Positions 48,805 through 52,182 of a stretch of 52,182 nucleotides of DNA are shown here, one piece after another. The stretch lies in IMG/VR virus record IMGVR_UViG_3300045921_000263, positions 1 through 52,182 of that record. One strand, written 5' to 3'. The stretch comes from a virus (Duplodnaviria > Caudoviricetes). Made by a program: the position numbers and the translations under genes. Position 1 is the stretch's first letter; each line of letters starts with the position of its first letter. The notes below the pieces were generated by a model. That model saw nothing but the letters and a program-made list of their open reading frames with translations, was not told the origin of the DNA and did not search any database.

Positions 48805-48873
48805 CCGAGGCTGGCCTTGATGACCGAGTGAAATTGAACGAGTGAGTCCATCCGATTCTTTCCGGATGGATCA

Positions 48874-49055
48874 ATCTTCATTTTCATCTTCATCTTCATC
48901 TTCTTCATCCGTCAGACGATGATAAAGAAGACGAGGATAAAGAAGACGATTGACAAAATAGAATTCATCACCTTCATCATCTTCATAAAAATGATGATGA
49001 AGATAAAGAACACGAAGATGAAGATAAAGAAGACGAGGATAAAAAAGAAGAAGAC
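48874..49055. repeat. (TTCATC)n / (GAAGAT)n low-complexity block 1
   Basis: Two pyrimidine-then-purine tract pairs in inverted arrangement. Confidence 0.85.
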
Positions 49056-49071
49056 CACGATCGTCGAGACA

Positions 49072-49112
49072 GACAAATACGAATTTTCTTCTGAGTAGTC
49101 GCATACTAGGGT
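49072..49112 (+). promoter_or_regulatory. phage promoter (GACAAATA box)
   Basis: GACAAATA-N4-TTTTCT-N17-TAGGGT. Confidence 0.65.
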
Positions 49113-49148
49113 GTAAGCACTAGGCAACTCTCACAAAGGGGAAAATCC

Positions 49149-49421
49149 ATGTCCAAATTCACAAAGGCCGAAATCCGGACCATCTGTCTGTTTTTCGGCG
49201 TTAACCCGTCCGAAGATGTGTGCGAACTTCCGGAAAACTACTTTTTGGAAGAATCGTCCGTGGAACATCCCGTGGGGGATATTCTGCAAGTGCAGCAAAA
49301 CGGCTACGTCGTCACCTTTGAAGATGCGGTGGCCGAATTCGCCAAGCACCCTTGGTATTTCCAGCGGAATTTCGTTGGGCTTGTGGAAGCTCTTAAGCTC
49401 CTCACCGGCGAAGTCAAGTAA
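49149..49421 (+). CDS. hypothetical protein (monocistronic)
   Basis: Own promoter, AAAGGGG RBS, own terminator. Confidence 0.7.
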   Translation: MSKFTKAEIRTICLFFGVNPSEDVCELPENYFLEESSVEHPVGDILQVQQNGYVVTFEDAVAEFAKHPWYFQRNFVGLVEALKLLTGEVK

Positions 49422-49439
49422 TACTGTCGTCAGCGGGAT

Positions 49440-49468
49440 GAGGGCCGAGAAATCGGCCCTCTCTTTTT
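49440..49468 (+). terminator. intrinsic terminator
   Basis: GAGGGCCGA-GAAA-TCGGCCCTC then TCTTTTT. Confidence 0.85.
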
Positions 49469-49477
49469 GAGGATAAT

Positions 49478-49700
49478 ATCGTCATCATTTTCGTCTCTCT
49501 ATGGTTGTTTCTTGATTTCATCTTCTTCATTTTCATCTTCATCTTCATCTTCGAAGATAAATGACCGAGTGAGTTTATCCGAGATGAGATGAAGATATTC
49601 TTGTAGATGAAATGAGATAGATGTGAAGATGACGAAGATAAAGAAGATGACGAAGATAAAGAAGATGAGGATAAAGAAGATCAGGATGAGGATATCGTTC
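49478..49700. repeat. (TTCATC)n / (GAAGAT)n low-complexity block 2
   Basis: Pyrimidine tract then purine tract with repeated GAAGATGACGAAGATAAA. Confidence 0.85.
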
Positions 49701-49712
49701 CTCTCAGATTGA

Positions 49713-49753
49713 GATAAATGGCGCTTTTCTTCTCACCCCTCTTGGGTTAGGTT
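49713..49753 (+). promoter_or_regulatory. phage promoter
   Basis: GATAAATG-N4-TTTTCT-N17-TAGGTT. Confidence 0.6.
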
Positions 49754-49794
49754 GCAGCTATGGGCAATGGTGCTCATCCATAGGAGGCTACCCA

Positions 49795-50001
49795 ATGACG
49801 AAGTTTAAGTTCGCTCCTCGTGAAATCAAAACCAAAGAGGAGCTGCACCTGCTCGCTTTCTACGCCTACTTGCAGTATTTGCACGAAGGCTTTGAGGTGA
49901 CGATTTGCAAGCTGGGCGTGGCGCGGGGTGCTTCGTTCAGCCGCAACCAGCATCCTTTCAACGGGCTGCGTGGGGTTGAAAAGCCCAGCATCTACGCTTG
50001 A
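49795..50001 (+). CDS. hypothetical protein (monocistronic)
   Basis: AGGAGG RBS, own promoter and terminator. Confidence 0.65.
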   Translation: MTKFKFAPREIKTKEELHLLAFYAYLQYLHEGFEVTICKLGVARGASFSRNQHPFNGLRGVEKPSIYA

Positions 50002-50005
50002 AGAC

Positions 50006-50043
50006 AAAGGACCGAGTCGGGTTATCCGACTCGGTCTTTCTTT
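50006..50043 (+). terminator. intrinsic terminator
   Basis: GACCGAGTCGG-GTTAT-CCGACTCGGTC then TTTCTTT. Confidence 0.8.
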
Positions 50044-50052
50044 GGGTTGTTT

Positions 50053-50299
50053 GTTCATCTTCATCTTCATCTTCGTTTTTGAAGATGAAGAAGACTGGAC
50101 GAAGAAAAGAAGACCGGACGAGCGATTCGACCGAGTCGATCAAAACGACCGAGTGGACGAAAACGACCGAGTGGACGAAAACGACCGACGATGAAGACGA
50201 CCGAGCGAGTGGAAACGACCGACGAGGACGAAGAGACCGACGAAGACGAAGAGACCGACGAGGCCGAGACCGACGAGGCCGAGACCGCCGAGGCCTAGA
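50053..50299. repeat. low-complexity block 3 with GACCG tandem array
   Basis: (TTCATC)3 then GAAGAT tract; GACCG at 50129, 50147, 50165, 50183, 50199, 50217, 50235, 50253, 50268, 50283. Confidence 0.85.
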
Positions 50300-50303
50300 A
50301 CCT

Positions 50304-50359
50304 GGGGGCCGGGGGCCGGGGGCCGGGGGCCGGGGGCCGGGGGCCGGGGGCCGGGGGCC
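50304..50359 (+). repeat. (GGGGGCC)8 perfect tandem repeat, G-quadruplex-capable
   Basis: Eight exact 7-bp copies. Confidence 0.95.
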
Positions 50360-50415
50360 ATTGGCTACCTATGGGCAACGCTTAGTTGCCTAATGGGCAA
50401 CGTGCTGCCCTAATT

Positions 50416-50444
50416 TTGCCGTATTTGCTTGCCATACCTATCCT
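50416..50444 (+). promoter_or_regulatory. sigma70-like promoter lacking the GACAAATA box
   Basis: TTGCCG-N17-TATCCT. Confidence 0.6.
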
Positions 50445-50496
50445 TGCCTAGGGGCGGCATGGGGCCGCTACCAGGCACTAGCAAAGGGTCAAAGCA

Positions 50497-50922
50497 ATGG
50501 CTACCACCCCCACCGGCGCCACCGGCGCCTCCACCGGCGCCACCGGCGCCACCACCGCCAAGGCCAAGGCCAAGGCGCCCACCCCCACCGTGGCCAAGGC
50601 CACCATGGCCACCGCGCCCACCGCGCCCACCGCGCCCACCGCGCCCTTGTTCGTGGTCGGCCCGTGGCCGGTCAAGGCTCAGGGCGGCAACTCCATCAGG
50701 GCCTACTGCTACAAGGTGGCCGTGGCGTTGCAGGCGCAGCACCCCGGCGGCTTTACGCTGGCCCAGTATGCCAGCGCCCTTGCGGCCAGCGCCGCTGGTA
50801 GCAACATGCGTCAGCCCGGCACGGGGTGGGGTACGGCGGCCAAGCCCAACGGCGCGGCCTACGCGCACGCCAACTGGTTTGCCCACCCCAAGCAGGGGTG
50901 GCTGGCCCCGGCTGGCAAGTAG
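50497..50922 (+). CDS. hypothetical basic Ala/Thr/Pro-rich protein with no Asp or Glu
   Basis: Promoter, AAAGGG RBS, strong third-position G/C bias, downstream hairpin. Confidence 0.7.
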   Translation: MATTPTGATGASTGATGATTAKAKAKAPTPTVAKATMATAPTAPTAPTAPLFVVGPWPVKAQGGNSIRAYCYKVAVALQAQHPGGFTLAQYASALAASAAGSNMRQPGTGWGTAAKPNGAAYAHANWFAHPKQGWLAPAGK

Positions 50923-50930
50923 CGGCCACC

Positions 50931-50954
50931 GGCCCTGCCCTACGGGGCAGGGCC
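50931..50954 (+). terminator. hairpin after Asp/Glu-free gene
   Basis: GGCCCTGCCC-TACG-GGGCAGGGCC perfect 10-bp stem; no U-tail. Confidence 0.5.
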
Positions 50955-50975
50955 ACTACCCCCAAGGGGATGAAC

Positions 50976-51077
50976 ATGCACAACGTGCTGATACCGCTAG
51001 CAGCAGTGGCCCTTGTGGCCTATGCCCTAGCGCCAACTGTTGCCAAGCTGGCAACAGTGGCGCTAGTGTTGCCTTAA
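50976..51077 (+). CDS. 33-aa hydrophobic peptide
   Basis: AAGGGG RBS; MHNVLIPLAAVALVAYALAPTVAKLATVALVLP; followed by hairpin 51087-51122. Confidence 0.45.
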   Translation: MHNVLIPLAAVALVAYALAPTVAKLATVALVLP

Positions 51078-51245
51078 GGCCACACCCCGCCCTAAGCACG
51101 GCTAGGCCGCGCTTGGGGCGGCAGGCCGCCCTCGATCTACCGTCTCTCCACACCCACCCCAGACTCACTACAAAAGAACTTTACGATCCCCAATCACCTC
51201 CTATTACCCTTGCATCAATTATCAACTCAAGTATACCTATAGAAC

Positions 51246-52182
51246 ATGGTCAGATTTCCTGATAACGTAGTCTGGAAACCCATGAGAGGCTCTCAAGAGG
51301 CTTTCTTGAGTGCCACTCCCATTTTTGAAGTCCTCTTCCAAGGAACTCGTGGCGGCGGTAAAACAGACTGCCTGCTCATGTCCTTTGGGATGCATGTGGG
51401 CAAAGGATATGGTCCCGCCTGGAAAGGAATCTTGTTCAGGCAGACGTATAAGCAGTTGACTGATGTTATCACAAAAACGAAGAAATGGTTTCCACTCATC
51501 TGGCCCGATGCTAGGTTCAACCATTCAGAGCACGTTTGGACTTGGCCGACTGGGGAACAACTGCTGCTTCGTCAGTTCCAGAAGGCAGACGACTACTGGA
51601 ACTATCATGGGCATGAATATCCATGGATCGGATGGGAGGAGCTATGCAACTGGCCGACTGATGAGGGTTACAAGCGCATGATGTCATGTTGTCGGAGTTC
51701 CCAGAAGGGAATGCCGCGCATGGTCCGTGCCACCACTAACCCTTATGGACCCGGCCACAACTGGGTAAAGCATAGATTTCAGCCGCATACCATGAATATG
51801 GTAGTGCGAAAAGATCTAGTTGACGAACATGGAATGAAAGAGCCGACCAGGCTCTCTATTCATAGTCATATCGATGAAAACAAAGCTCTACTAGAAGCCG
51901 ATCCAGACTACAAACAGAAGATTGCGGCTGCTGCTCGAAACGAAGCAGAAAAACGTGCTTGGCTCGAAGGCACATGGGACATCGTATCAGGAGGCATGTT
52001 TGACGATGTTTGGGAGCCGAAGTATAATGTGGTCCCGTCTTTTGAAATTCCCGAAAGCTGGAAGATTGTTCGCTCGTTTGACTGGGGCGCGTCAAAGCCC
52101 TTCTCATTGGGCTGGTGGGCGATCTCCGATGGAAGTGACTTCCAACTTCCAGACGGAAGATGGAGATCGAGTGTTCGTGGAG
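51246..52182 (+). CDS. terL: terminase large subunit (5' part, runs off window; absent from ORF track)
   Basis: W.P..GSQ..FL, GTRGGGKT Walker A, G.LFR, GHEYPWIGWEEL, R.TTNP.GPGHNWVK, SFDWG..KPF. Confidence 0.93.
   Translation, partial: MVRFPDNVVWKPMRGSQEAFLSATPIFEVLFQGTRGGGKTDCLLMSFGMHVGKGYGPAWKGILFRQTYKQLTDVITKTKKWFPLIWPDARFNHSEHVWTWPTGEQLLLRQFQKADDYWNYHGHEYPWIGWEELCNWPTDEGYKRMMSCCRSSQKGMPRMVRATTNPYGPGHNWVKHRFQPHTMNMVVRKDLVDEHGMKEPTRLSIHSHIDENKALLEADPDYKQKIAAAARNEAEKRAWLEGTWDIVSGGMFDDVWEPKYNVVPSFEIPESWKIVRSFDWGASKPFSLGWWAISDGSDFQLPDGRWRSSVRG

Noticed and set aside
50129-50292. CRISPR array
   Set aside because: Units are 15-18 bp tandem copies with no unique spacers, and there are no cas genes
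48871-50393. Low-complexity ORFs over the GAAGAT, GACCG and GGGGGCC tracts
   Set aside because: Translations merely mirror the DNA repeats, cross terminators or promoters, and lack RBSs
50300-51130. Simple host-derived high-GC insertion or chimeric contig
   Set aside because: Host genes would not lack GA and Asp/Glu, and smaller GA/TC-free patches recur across the genome; read-level confirmation is still needed
50429-51262. 277-aa Pro/Arg-rich ORF and the minus-strand ORFs at 50410-50886 and 50478-50675
   Set aside because: Off-frame shadows of the GC3-biased 50497-50922 gene; stops are rare here because of composition; no RBS
1-52182. tRNA/rRNA genes, integrase, reverse transcriptase/DGR, introns or inteins
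   Set aside because: None recognised by eye; polA, nrdJ and the helicases are uninterrupted and of normal length. A covariance-model scan was not possible

Overview
Most of the genome of a lytic-looking tailed phage (siphovirus organisation resembling YuA/M6/phiJL001/RDJL-type phages; GTA-like tail-tip genes hint at an alphaproteobacterial host, which is inference). Order on the + strand: major capsid, head-tail joining, tail tube, frameshifted tail chaperones, tape measure, tail tip, lysis cassette, replication/nucleotide metabolism (SNF2 helicase, SSB, RecD-like helicase, class II RNR, DNA pol A, primase-helicase, ligase), small accessory genes, terminase small subunit, a 2.4-kb unusual spacer, then the 5' part of terminase large subunit. 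Portal/scaffold genes are not in the window. The main signal is a putative thymidine hypermodification system: dUMP hydroxymethylase, stand-alone aGPT-Pplase1/HMUDK helical domain, GT-B glycosyltransferase, FkbM methyltransferase, HD hydrolase and dCTP deaminase, with no recognisable amino-acid transferase or P-loop kinase. The genome also appears organised around the GA/TC dinucleotide. GA/TC-saturated tracts near the terminase genes switch abruptly, across a (GGGGGCC)8 repeat, into a ~670-bp stretch with no GA on the + strand. That stretch holds a promoter, a non-GGAG ribosome site and a 141-aa protein with no Asp or Glu. Five dispersed ~100-130-bp elements have GA/TC-free cores and 10-bp-phased arms. 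Family assignments are from motif recognition by eye; no searches were run.
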